From an uncultured Christensenella sp. (GTDB taxonomy: Bacteria; Bacillota; Clostridia; Christensenellales; UBA3700): 64,000 nt of DNA. This document shows, in pieces, positions 18,623 through 27,341 of this stretch. Position numbers and translations under genes: made by a program. Positions within the stretch are counted from its first letter, which is position 1, and every line of letters starts with the position of its first letter. The notes under the pieces were generated by a model, which worked only from the letters and a program-made list of their open reading frames with translations, was not told the DNA's origin and did not search any database. The stretch lies in contig CAJTVJ010000002.1 of NCBI GenBank assembly GCA_910579785.1, positions 42,529 to 106,528 of the forward strand, in the 5' to 3' direction.

Positions 18623-19546
18623 ATGAAAAAGATTTGTATAACAACTTTAATTTTGATATTGCTTATATCGTCATTTTGTATCGCTGGGTGTGCGGAAAAA
18701 GAGCCTTTTGAATTGGATATATCGCAGATGAAATTGACTTTTGAGGATAATTTTGACTGTGACAGCTTGGATAGGAGCAAGTGGAACTACGGATTTGACG
18801 TAGAAGAAGGCAAGAAGAGCGCGCCGAGAAGAGGCGGTTTTTGGGCTCAGGACGGAGTGATAGTCGACGGCGGTAATTTGATACTGCGCACAGATTGGCG
18901 CGAAGACGGCGAAAACGGAGCCGGTTGGTATAGCGGCACCGCTATGACGTGCAGACAGGAGGGGCAAGATAAGCATTTGTTTTCGCAGAAGTACGGATAT
19001 TTTGAGATGCGTTGCAAAGTGCCTTTCTTTATCGGCGGCTGGGGAGCGTTTTGGCTTATGCCTTACGACGACTTTGCTCATGAACATAACAATCAGACTG
19101 CGCCCGAACATCTCAACACAGGCGTTGACGGCACGGAGATAGACGTATTTGAATCCCCGTTTTCCTATCTCGGAAAATCAAAGAACAACGTGATAAATCA
19201 CGCCGTACATTACGACGGATATAAAGATTATCTCAAAACTGCCAGCAAGGTAGACGTCAAAGTAAACAACCTTTATGACGAATACCATACCTATGGATTT
19301 GAGTGGAGAGAAGACTGCTATAAGTTTTACGTGGACGGATACTTGACTTGGCAGATAAACAGCGATCATTATATCGACAAAAAAGGCAAGAAGGTAAAAC
19401 ACAACATTGTCTCGCAAGTCGAGGAATATATGCTGCTGTCATTTGAGGTGGAAAAGGAAGACGGATGGTGCGGCGATCCTGCCAAAAACGACAAGTCGAA
19501 AAACTATGACTTTGTAATCGACTACGTAAGGGTATATCAATTTTAG
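18623..19546 (+). CDS. GH16 family glycoside hydrolase lipoprotein (beta-glucanase-like)
   Basis: Lipobox 'IAGC'. 'WGAFWLM' and the catalytic 'EIDVFE' (ExDxxE) motif. Confidence 0.85.
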   Translation: MKKICITTLILILLISSFCIAGCAEKEPFELDISQMKLTFEDNFDCDSLDRSKWNYGFDVEEGKKSAPRRGGFWAQDGVIVDGGNLILRTDWREDGENGAGWYSGTAMTCRQEGQDKHLFSQKYGYFEMRCKVPFFIGGWGAFWLMPYDDFAHEHNNQTAPEHLNTGVDGTEIDVFESPFSYLGKSKNNVINHAVHYDGYKDYLKTASKVDVKVNNLYDEYHTYGFEWREDCYKFYVDGYLTWQINSDHYIDKKGKKVKHNIVSQVEEYMLLSFEVEKEDGWCGDPAKNDKSKNYDFVIDYVRVYQF

Positions 19547-19650
19547 ATATAGAAAAGAGATTGTGCTAAATTATAATATGTATGAATTTCTTATTGCAAA
19601 ATAAACTGAAACTATTTGCTAAAATTATTAATGCATGATAGAATAATATT

Positions 19651-21096
19651 ATGAAAAATAACACCATAACCTTGACAAATGAAAAATTAAAAGGGCAGTT
19701 CTATACTCCTGAATTTATAATAAATAATATTCTTGATTTAGCAGGTTATTATGGGGAGTCTATTATAAGAAAACATGTAATAGATAATAGTTGTGGGGAT
19801 GGTGCATTTTTAGTTTTAATTGTTACGAGATATTGTGATGAGTTCTTGAAATTTAATAGCGATTTAAATACACTTTCGGAAGAGTTATTAAATTATATTC
19901 ATGGTATAGAGATTGATGAAATTGAGTGCAATAAATGTATAAATAATTTAAATGAATTAGTTGCTAAATATGGTTTACGTGATATAAAGTGGGATATTCA
20001 ATGTTCGGATGCTTTGCAAATAGATAAATACAATGGAATGATGGACTTTGTTCTTGGGAATCCGCCATATGTTAGAGTTCATAATTTGGGTGACTCATTT
20101 GATTTGATTAAAAATTTCTTGTTTGCTCAAAATGGAATGACAGATTTATATATTGTTTTTTATGAAATAGGATTAAGAATGTTAAATAAAGATGGCATAT
20201 TAGGCTACATTACCCCCAGCTCTTTTTTCAACAGTATTGCTGGAAAATTTATGCGGTCATATTTGGTTAACAACAATCTTATTGATAAAGTTGTCGATTT
20301 AAAGCATTATCAGGCATTTGAAGCAAGGACATATACTACAATATTGATTTTAAAACAAGGTCGCAAGCAAACAACAATGGATTATTATGAGTTTGATAGT
20401 AAGCATAATATACCTTATTATGTTGATACACTGACCATAACAGATTATAATATCTGCGATAATTTTTATTTTGCAAGTAAAAGTGATTTAAATACTTTAA
20501 GGAGTATTTTATTATATAGAGGTAATGGTGAGCATTTTGTCGTTAAAAATGGTTTTGCAACATTAGCTGACAACTTTTTTATCGGAGACTTTGAATTTGA
20601 CGATTTTACTATACCTATAGTGAAAGCATCGACAGGGAAAGTAAACAACTGCTTGTTTCCATATCTAGATGGCAAAATAGTACCATATGAAGAATTGACG
20701 AAAAATCCATTGATAAAAACTTATTATGAAGTTAATAAAGACTTATTACAGAAGCGTAGCTTGGATAAAAATGCCAAATGGTACGGATTTGGTAGGTCAC
20801 AAGGAATAAATGATGTCTATAGTGTTAAATACTCAATAAATACTTTAATTAGGGATAAGACGGATTTAAAGTTGACTAGATGTGATAAAAACGTAGGAGT
20901 TTATAGCGGTTTGTATATTGTAACTGATGTAACCGAAAACGAGTTGAAAACGATGTTATGTTGCGATGAGTTTGTTACATATATTTCATTGCTCGGAAAG
21001 TATAAAAGTGGGGGATACTATACCTTCTCCTCAAAAGATTTAAAAATATATCTTGAATATCAATATTCGCAAGAAAACAAAAGGAGAGTAATATGA
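19651..21096 (+). CDS. type II N6-adenine DNA methyltransferase (gamma class, TaqI/Eco57I-like)
   Basis: Motif I 'DNSCGDGAFL' precedes motif IV 'GNPPYV'. Lies in an AT-rich island. Confidence 0.85.
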   Translation: MKNNTITLTNEKLKGQFYTPEFIINNILDLAGYYGESIIRKHVIDNSCGDGAFLVLIVTRYCDEFLKFNSDLNTLSEELLNYIHGIEIDEIECNKCINNLNELVAKYGLRDIKWDIQCSDALQIDKYNGMMDFVLGNPPYVRVHNLGDSFDLIKNFLFAQNGMTDLYIVFYEIGLRMLNKDGILGYITPSSFFNSIAGKFMRSYLVNNNLIDKVVDLKHYQAFEARTYTTILILKQGRKQTTMDYYEFDSKHNIPYYVDTLTITDYNICDNFYFASKSDLNTLRSILLYRGNGEHFVVKNGFATLADNFFIGDFEFDDFTIPIVKASTGKVNNCLFPYLDGKIVPYEELTKNPLIKTYYEVNKDLLQKRSLDKNAKWYGFGRSQGINDVYSVKYSINTLIRDKTDLKLTRCDKNVGVYSGLYIVTDVTENELKTMLCCDEFVTYISLLGKYKSGGYYTFSSKDLKIYLEYQYSQENKRRVI

Positions 21097-21803
21097 ACAA
21101 TTTTCAATTTTTAGGAGTGCTTAAAAAGTCGTTTATTACTTATTTACAGACTGGTGCAAGAAGCAATAAAAAACTTGAAATTTTGCATGGAGCGATTTCA
21201 GAAGATTTAAATGAGAGATTAAATGATAAAAATTATTCGGTATATTCATTGGGATATGGATTGGGGAAAGAACACAAAATAGTTGGACGCTATGTCGATA
21301 AGGCTGTTGATATAACGATAGCTGAAAATAATGTTCCCATAGCAGGAATAGCTGTAAAATATATTATGAGTAATTATTCACAGAATTCTAATAATTATTT
21401 TGAGTGTATGCTTGGAGAGACTGCAAATATAAGGTCGGCTAAAATTCCATATTTTCAAATTTTCGCAATACCTGATAGAATACCATATTTTGATAAAAAT
21501 GGAGATATCTTAAAATGGGAAAAGATAAATGAACATAATTTGAAAAAATATATAAAATTATCGGAAGATAATATTGATAATTATTTGCATACGCCTAATA
21601 AGACGTTAGTATTTATAGTACATATTCATGATAGAAATGCTATTGCAGAAATATCGAATAAACTCGAATACGAAAATTATTATTTAAATAACGATTTCGA
21701 TATGGAAATTTCTAAGTTAAGTTTCGATTTCAAAAATACTATAATTTATAACGATTATAATACATTTATGCAAAAGGTGGCATATTCAATTAAAGGCATA
21801 TAA
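21093..21803 (+). CDS. putative cognate type II restriction endonuclease (family not recognised)
   Basis: ATGA overlap with the methyltransferase stop. Same low GC. 236 aa with no recognisable family. The assignment rests on context only. Confidence 0.5.
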   Translation: MNNFQFLGVLKKSFITYLQTGARSNKKLEILHGAISEDLNERLNDKNYSVYSLGYGLGKEHKIVGRYVDKAVDITIAENNVPIAGIAVKYIMSNYSQNSNNYFECMLGETANIRSAKIPYFQIFAIPDRIPYFDKNGDILKWEKINEHNLKKYIKLSEDNIDNYLHTPNKTLVFIVHIHDRNAIAEISNKLEYENYYLNNDFDMEISKLSFDFKNTIIYNDYNTFMQKVAYSIKGI

Positions 21804-21809
21804 AAAATT

Positions 21810-21833
21810 AAGGAGACTTTTGTGAGTCTCCTT
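21810..21833. terminator. hairpin terminator between the RM pair and convergent yerC
   Basis: AAGGAGACT / AGTCTCCTT stem with a 6-nt loop. Confidence 0.65.
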
Positions 21834-21866
21834 TAAATTTATAGTATTTAGTTTATCATTGATACG

Positions 21867-22136
21867 TCAGATAAATTTTTTGTATCCTTCGCCGTATTGC
21901 AGTGCTCGCGATACGCGAGAGAGCGTAGCGGAGGATATGTCGGTCTGCTCTATTACTTGATTGTAGGTCAAGCCTTGTTTGAGGAGCGTTGCCGCCTCTA
22001 TGCGCTGCGCCATTTGTTCGATTTCTTTGTTGGTGCAAAGGTCGTTGAAAAACATTCTGCATTCCTCAGCGGTTGACAGCTTGGAAATCGCCGCATACAG
22101 TTTTGTAATCATTAAGTCCATATGGTCGTTGTTCAT
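21867..22136 (-). CDS. yerC: YerC/YecD family TrpR-like DNA-binding protein
   Basis: 'MAQRIEAATLLKQGLTYNQVIEQTDISSATLSRVSRAL' is typical of the YerC/YecD Trp-repressor-fold family. The ATG lies 1 nt after the ABC ATPase stop. Confidence 0.8.
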   Translation of the reverse strand: MNNDHMDLMITKLYAAISKLSTAEECRMFFNDLCTNKEIEQMAQRIEAATLLKQGLTYNQVIEQTDISSATLSRVSRALQYGEGYKKFI

Positions 22137-22137
22137 G

Positions 22138-23145
22138 TCAGTCCTCGTCAATATTTTTTTCACTTTCTTGCAAGAATGCCTTTGTCTTCGCGCTTTGCGG
22201 ATTTCCAAAGACCTCTTCGGGGGAGCCTTCTTCTTCTATCACTCCGTCAGCCATAAATATAACTTTGTCCGCCACTTTTCTTGCAAATTCCATTTCGTGC
22301 GTGACGACTATCATAGTGTGTCCGTCTTTTTTGAGGTCTCTTATGACTTTAAGCACCTCGCGTGTCAATTCCGGATCAAGCGCGCTGGTAGGCTCGTCAA
22401 AACACAATATTTCAGGTTGAAGTATCAAAGCTCTTGCGATAGCGACGCGCTGTTGCTGACCGCCTGAGAGTTCGCAAGGGTAGGCATTGAGTTTTTCGCC
22501 AAGTCCCACTCTCTGCAACAACTCATCCGCCTTTTGGTCTATCTGTGCAAATGCAAGTTTTCTCTCTTGTTTTATCTGCTTGGAAAAATATTTTGCAAAG
22601 GGATTTTTTATCCCCTTGTCGTATTTAAGTCTAGCAGCCAGCACAAGATTTTTTTTGACGTTGTAGTGGGGAAAGAGATTGAAAGATTGAAAGACCATTC
22701 CGAATTTCAAGCGTTGGTCGGCAATCTGCTTTTTCTTTTCCTTGCTTATCTTGTTTTGTTTTACTTTTTCTTTCTTATCTTTGACGGGGGCGACTATGTC
22801 AACGCCGGCTTCTTTTGAGTTGTCAAGCGGCATATGGATAGCTGCGTCTTCGTCATTTATGCTAGTGGAGGTGTTGGCGGCGTTGCTCTCTTGCACGGCT
22901 TCGTCTGCCTTGGTATCAGCCTTGGCAAGCTCGTCTATCGAAAAGATATTTTCCCCGTTGAGATATATGTCGGCTTTGTCGGGTATCTCTAAGAAATTGA
23001 TACAGCGCAGCAGCGTAGTCTTGCCGCTTCCCGAAGAGCCGATTATCGCAAGCACCTGTCCTTCGTCAAGTTCAAAGTCAATGCCTTTTAGCACCTTGTT
23101 AGACCCGAAGTTTTTATATACGTCTTTTACTTTAAAAAATGCCAT
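22138..23145 (-). CDS. amino acid ABC transporter ATP-binding protein carrying large insertions
   Basis: Walker A 'GSSGSGKT', Q-loop 'GMVFQSFNLF', signature 'LSGGQQQRVAIARAL' and Walker B 'ILCFDEPTSALD'. At about 335 aa it is longer than the usual 240 or so. Confidence 0.85.
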   Translation of the reverse strand: MAFFKVKDVYKNFGSNKVLKGIDFELDEGQVLAIIGSSGSGKTTLLRCINFLEIPDKADIYLNGENIFSIDELAKADTKADEAVQESNAANTSTSINDEDAAIHMPLDNSKEAGVDIVAPVKDKKEKVKQNKISKEKKKQIADQRLKFGMVFQSFNLFPHYNVKKNLVLAARLKYDKGIKNPFAKYFSKQIKQERKLAFAQIDQKADELLQRVGLGEKLNAYPCELSGGQQQRVAIARALILQPEILCFDEPTSALDPELTREVLKVIRDLKKDGHTMIVVTHEMEFARKVADKVIFMADGVIEEEGSPEEVFGNPQSAKTKAFLQESEKNIDED

Positions 23146-23153
23146 ATCCCACC

Positions 23154-23801
23154 TCACGCCTTATAATAGTTCATTTTCTTTTCCAGCCACTTGAAGAAAA
23201 GCGTTAGCGCGCCTACCATCGCCAGATAGAATACGCCGGTGTAGAAGAGAGGCCATATTATCGCCTTGGTTGCTACGATACTTTTAGCCGTCGTTATTAT
23301 TTCGGCTATGCCTATGACGTTAGCCAAAGACGTATCCTTAACTAAGGTGATAACTTCGTTGCTCATTGCGGGAGTGACTTTTTTTGCAACTTGCGGAAAT
23401 ACCACAAGCGTATTTATTTGCATTTTGTTCATGCCTAAAACTTTGCTAGCTTCATATTGTCCCAACGGCATGGCTAAAATTCCGCCACGGTAAATTTCCG
23501 AAAAATAAACCGCATAATTTATTACGAAAGCAATCAACGCCGCCAAGAATCTATCTTTTATCGGAGTACCGAATAAAAGTCCGGGAGCATAGAATACGAC
23601 GATTATTTGCAACATCAAAGGCGTGCCTCTTATTATCCATACAAATATTCCCGTAAAATATTTGAGGGGTTTAAAGCGTGACATAGAGCAGGCACAAATC
23701 ACCATACCTATAGGTATGGCGATCAAAAGCGTCAAAAAGAATATTCCAAGAGTAAACTTCGACGCTTTAAGAAATTCTAACGTAACTTCGCCGAAAGTCA
23801 T
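23154..23801 (-). CDS. amino acid ABC transporter permease (His/Glu/Gln/Arg/opine family)
   Basis: Polytopic membrane protein with the typical PAAT-family permease sequence. ATG at 23801 follows the SBP stop. Confidence 0.85.
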   Translation of the reverse strand: MTFGEVTLEFLKASKFTLGIFFLTLLIAIPIGMVICACSMSRFKPLKYFTGIFVWIIRGTPLMLQIIVVFYAPGLLFGTPIKDRFLAALIAFVINYAVYFSEIYRGGILAMPLGQYEASKVLGMNKMQINTLVVFPQVAKKVTPAMSNEVITLVKDTSLANVIGIAEIITTAKSIVATKAIIWPLFYTGVFYLAMVGALTLFFKWLEKKMNYYKA

Positions 23802-23803
23802 AA

Positions 23804-24643
23804 TCAATCCCAATACGCGATTGGTGCGTATTCAGTATATCCTACGATAAATTTGCCTTTTTGCTGTATGTAATTCCAACCTTCTTTTTCTTCATTTGTC
23901 AAGCTGTCCCATTTGCTTTCATAAGACAAATCGCAAAGTTCGCTTCCAAGTTTATATTTATCGGCAAGCTGTTTAAGCTGACCGTTTTCTTGGAGTTTTG
24001 CCAAAGCAACGTTGATTTTATCAATCGTGCCTTTGTCTCCTTTGCGTGCCGCAATGCCATATTGCTCTTCGACAAGGATAAGATTGGGGATTATCATAAG
24101 ATTGCTATAAGAAGTTCCTTCTTGGCAAAAATAATTTGCAAGTACGGAATCAACCAAAGCTATATCGGAATTTCCCGACTTAACCTCAGTCATAGCAGTA
24201 ATTTGACCGCCGTCATCGACTTTAACTACGTTTGCAAAATTATTTAGTTCGGCAGCCAACTGTCCCGTGCTACCGGCTTCGCAAACGAATTTAGCGTTTC
24301 TTATCGTTTCCAAAGAAGTATATTTACTTTTATCGGCTTTTCTGATTACGGCTACTTGCTTGTTGTACATATAAGGAGTGCTGATTTCCATTTGCGCGCG
24401 TCTGTCGTCGTTTATCGTAAATCCATTCCATATCAAATCGATATTCTTGCCTTGGAGTTCGATTTCTTTTGTCTCCCATTGAATTTTTTGGAACTCAACC
24501 GTCAAACCGAGTTCTTCCGCTACCAATTTTGAAAGTTCTATATCAAAACCGACGAATTCTCTTTCGCGGCATCCCGCAAATGCAAATATGCTTACAAGCA
24601 ACGTCGTGCACAGCAAAGCTGCTATTATGATTTTCTTCTTCAT
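23804..24643 (-). CDS. amino acid ABC transporter substrate-binding lipoprotein (SBP_bac_3-like, apparently circularly permuted)
   Basis: Lipobox 'FAGC' and AAAGGAG RBS. 'VGFDIELSKLVAEELG' and the rest align with GlnH/ArtJ-type binding proteins. Confidence 0.8.
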   Translation of the reverse strand: MKKKIIIAALLCTTLLVSIFAFAGCREREFVGFDIELSKLVAEELGLTVEFQKIQWETKEIELQGKNIDLIWNGFTINDDRRAQMEISTPYMYNKQVAVIRKADKSKYTSLETIRNAKFVCEAGSTGQLAAELNNFANVVKVDDGGQITAMTEVKSGNSDIALVDSVLANYFCQEGTSYSNLMIIPNLILVEEQYGIAARKGDKGTIDKINVALAKLQENGQLKQLADKYKLGSELCDLSYESKWDSLTNEEKEGWNYIQQKGKFIVGYTEYAPIAYWD

Positions 24644-24695
24644 TTTTTTGCTCCTTTCGCCCAATTGCAATCGGACGATTTCTTTTAGTATCGCC

Positions 24696-24724
24696 ATTAT
24701 ACTTTATTTCGATAAAGTTGTAAA
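24696..24724 (-). promoter_or_regulatory. sigma-A type promoter candidate for the ABC transporter operon
   Basis: Minus strand: TTTACA, 17-nt spacer, TATAAT, about 50 nt upstream of the SBP start. Confidence 0.5.
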
Positions 24725-24903
24725 GTGTTTTTGAGCAAGTTGTTTAATAAAATCCGAATAGATAATTTAACGTGCGTAAGCCGTTACTGTAAGATTGATA
24801 TAAATACGACGCCTCTTACCGCAGTTCCCACAGGGAGTTTTTCCACATGAGTATAGATAGGCATAGCGTATTATACCTTGCAAGCAAGGCAGTGCGCTTT
24901 TGC

Positions 24904-24932
24904 TTTACTAGTTCAATTTATTGTTGTATAAT
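24904..24932 (+). promoter_or_regulatory. sigma-A type promoter candidate
   Basis: TTTACT, 17-nt spacer, TATAAT, upstream of the DUF3788-like gene. Confidence 0.5.
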
Positions 24933-24973
24933 AACAGAGCAATAAACAGTAATTTAACGGGGAGATAATTTAT

Positions 24974-25387
24974 ATGTTCGATATGATACCTAATGCAGAA
25001 GAAATGACAAATTTGGTCGGTAAACCTTTATACAAAGTATGGAATAAATTATGTGCTTTGATTGATGATAAATACGATATGGATTGCGTATGGAATAAAG
25101 GCGGTAAAGCGTGGAAATACGAATATAAATATCGTAAAGGCGGTAAAACGCTTTGCGCCTTGTATGCAAGAGAAAATTGCATAGGATTTATGATTGTTTT
25201 CGGTAAAGACGAGCGGTTAAAATTTGAAGCTGAAAAAGAAACCTATTCAAAAGAAGTTCAAGAAATATATGACAATACTCATACTTACCACGACGGGAAA
25301 TGGATAATGTTTGAACCAATAGACACTTCCTTGTTTAATGATTTTATTAGACTGTTGTGTGTTAAACGAAAGCCAAATAAAAAATAA
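24974..25387 (+). CDS. DUF3788-like small cytoplasmic protein
   Basis: 137 aa. The 'KGGKAWKYEYKYRKGGKTLC' region recalls the DUF3788 family. GGGGAG RBS. Confidence 0.55.
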   Translation: MFDMIPNAEEMTNLVGKPLYKVWNKLCALIDDKYDMDCVWNKGGKAWKYEYKYRKGGKTLCALYARENCIGFMIVFGKDERLKFEAEKETYSKEVQEIYDNTHTYHDGKWIMFEPIDTSLFNDFIRLLCVKRKPNKK

Positions 25388-25425
25388 CAATAAATTTCAA
25401 TTTAGCTTACTTAATTATAAGCAGA

Positions 25426-25458
25426 AAGAACTCTCGAACAATTTATTCGAGAGTTCTT
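25426..25458 (+). terminator. rho-independent terminator
   Basis: Stem of about 11 bp AGAACTCTCGA / TCGAGAGTTCT, followed by a T-rich tract. Confidence 0.75.
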
Positions 25459-25530
25459 TATCGTTATTCGTTTTTTTCAATCCCCATGGGAATTGTGCTT
25501 TAATACGTCGCCTTGTTTGTGTCTGTCAAT

Positions 25531-26115
25531 TTATGCTTCCTTGATATTGACCACACCTTGTTTTGCCTGGCAGACAGGGCAGGTGTCAAAGGCTTGTTTT
25601 GACGTTGCTTCAAATCCGCATTCGGGGCATTTCCAAATCACAGGAGTGTCGGACTTATAAAGTTTGCCTTCTTTAAATAGTTTGTGCAGTCTCATAAACT
25701 CGTTTTTGTGCGTTTCTTCAATTTTGACAAGGTTGTTGAAAAGCGCGGCAATGTCGTCAAAGCCCTCTTCCTTTGCTACTCTTGCAAATTCGGGGTAGAG
25801 CTTGTCGGCTTCGACGCCTTCGTCTTCTGCGGCAAATCTAAGATTGTCCATAAGGTCCCACTTTTGTCTAAACGGATAGCCTGTGCATACTTCGATATTG
25901 TCTATCGTGCCGTCGTTTGCCGTTTGGATAAAGCTGTATATCATTCTTGAATGTGTAAATTCTTGGAAAGCTATCTTGTCGATAATTTCGGCAAGGGCTT
26001 TATATCCTTGCTCTCTTGCGCCGTATTCGATAAATTCATATCTAGTTCTTGCCTGACATTCTCCGGCAAAAGCTCTTGCTAGGTTTTTGTAAGTTTGACT
26101 GTCTTTTAATTTCAT
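25531..26115 (-). CDS. rbr: rubrerythrin
   Basis: Ferritin-like N-terminal domain ('ARAFAGECQARTRY') plus a C-terminal rubredoxin-like 'CPECG...CPVC'. Confidence 0.9.
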   Translation of the reverse strand: MKLKDSQTYKNLARAFAGECQARTRYEFIEYGAREQGYKALAEIIDKIAFQEFTHSRMIYSFIQTANDGTIDNIEVCTGYPFRQKWDLMDNLRFAAEDEGVEADKLYPEFARVAKEEGFDDIAALFNNLVKIEETHKNEFMRLHKLFKEGKLYKSDTPVIWKCPECGFEATSKQAFDTCPVCQAKQGVVNIKEA

Positions 26116-26223
26116 TGTAATTACCTCCGAGGAAGAGTATTGCCAACAATTTGTTTGTTATACAAAAGTGATGTCATAATCTATATGATCCGATTTAATT
26201 GCATAGCGACTTGCAGACAATTC

Positions 26224-26268
26224 AGAAAAAATATACAACAATGGCGGCAATTCATATTGCCGCCATTG
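26224..26268 (-). terminator. rho-independent terminator
   Basis: 14-bp stem ACAATGGCGGCAAT / ATTGCCGCCATTGT. T-run on the minus strand. Confidence 0.7.
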
Positions 26269-26287
26269 TCTATTAAAATGACTTTGC

Positions 26288-26812
26288 TCACATAATGTCT
26301 TCGATTATATAGAGCATATTTTTCGCACTGTCAAAAGCAAGTAGTAAGGTATCGTTGTCCTTTACTTTCTTATACCATATGCATTTATCGCTTGGGACAT
26401 TCAGAGTATCTACGTTGATTTCTTTGCTCAATGACTTTGCGGATGCAATGGTTTTTTCAAGAATGGTGTAAAAGCTTGCGAGATACTTTCCGTCGGTATC
26501 GGCTGTCAACGTATCTTTAAAACTGTCCGACAACTTTTCAACTCGGCATACCGTATAGATTTCTCCTTCGTTATGGAAACCTCTTTGAGTAGAAATGCAG
26601 TACTCAATCTTTGCATTGTCGGGGAGGGATATATCCCATCTCTCGGCGCAATAATTGATAGGAGTCCAACCTTTGTGTTCGAAATATGATTTTCCGGAAG
26701 TTATCCCCCAGCACATTCCCCAAATTATTATAGCCGCCAGCAGTGCCGCGCATATGACGATGGCTGTTGTCTTTATTGCTTTTTGGGTATTGGTCATATT
26801 ATTTCTCCGCAT
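26288..26812 (-). CDS. membrane-anchored hypothetical protein
   Basis: Single N-terminal TM helix. No recognisable domain. The start may be an internal ATG. Confidence 0.5.
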   Translation of the reverse strand: MRRNNMTNTQKAIKTTAIVICAALLAAIIIWGMCWGITSGKSYFEHKGWTPINYCAERWDISLPDNAKIEYCISTQRGFHNEGEIYTVCRVEKLSDSFKDTLTADTDGKYLASFYTILEKTIASAKSLSKEINVDTLNVPSDKCIWYKKVKDNDTLLLAFDSAKNMLYIIEDIM

Positions 26813-26861
26813 ATAAGACGATTTTTCTTTGTTATATCTTTAAATTAAAAGTCGTGTGATA

Positions 26862-27173
26862 TTAGATATTTATCATTTGCAATATTTTTTGCTTGGGCAC
26901 AACGCCTACGCTTGTCTCCACAACTTTTTTATCCTTTATGACTACAAGCATAGGTATGCTTGATACTCTAAAAGCCGCGGCGAGTTCGCCTTCTTTATCC
27001 ACGTTGACTTTGCATACTTTGATTTGCGTGTTTTCTTCTGCTATCTCGTCGACTACGGGAGAGAGCATTCTGCAAGGCGCGCACCAACTTGCCCAAAAGT
27101 CAATGAGCACTGTCTTGTCGCACTCCAACACTTCGCTGTTAAAATTTTCTGACGTTAGTTCTATTACTGCCAT
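26862..27173 (-). CDS. trxA: thioredoxin
   Basis: 103 aa with a 'WASWCAPCR' active site (CxxC). Confidence 0.9.
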   Translation of the reverse strand: MAVIELTSENFNSEVLECDKTVLIDFWASWCAPCRMLSPVVDEIAEENTQIKVCKVNVDKEGELAAAFRVSSIPMLVVIKDKKVVETSVGVVPKQKILQMINI

Positions 27174-27341
27174 AATTTACTCCTAATAAACGGTTATATA
27201 AATATATTATATCATAAATATCGCATAAGTACACAATATTTTGATAAATTGTTGATATTGTCAAATGCGCTTAACGGAGGGTGTTGACTTTATGCGCGCA
27301 GTTTGTTATAATAACAAAAATACTACGAAAGAGGTGCTTAT

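Noticed and set aside
19547-19650. Flanking direct repeats (AAATTATAATAT versus AAATTTATAGTAT) as insertion scars of the RM island
   Set aside because: The similarity is short, imperfect and AT-rich, so it is easily explained by chance.
24780-24900. T-box-like fragment (minus strand GUGGGAACUGCGG) or small riboswitch upstream of the ABC transporter operon
   Set aside because: The match to the T-box consensus is only partial. There is no room for a Stem I/specifier domain, and no terminator/antiterminator pair is visible. The region remains unassigned.
26862-27173. Non-canonical WCAPC thioredoxin active site
   Set aside because: This is a known natural variation of the CxxC motif and is not unusual enough to flag.
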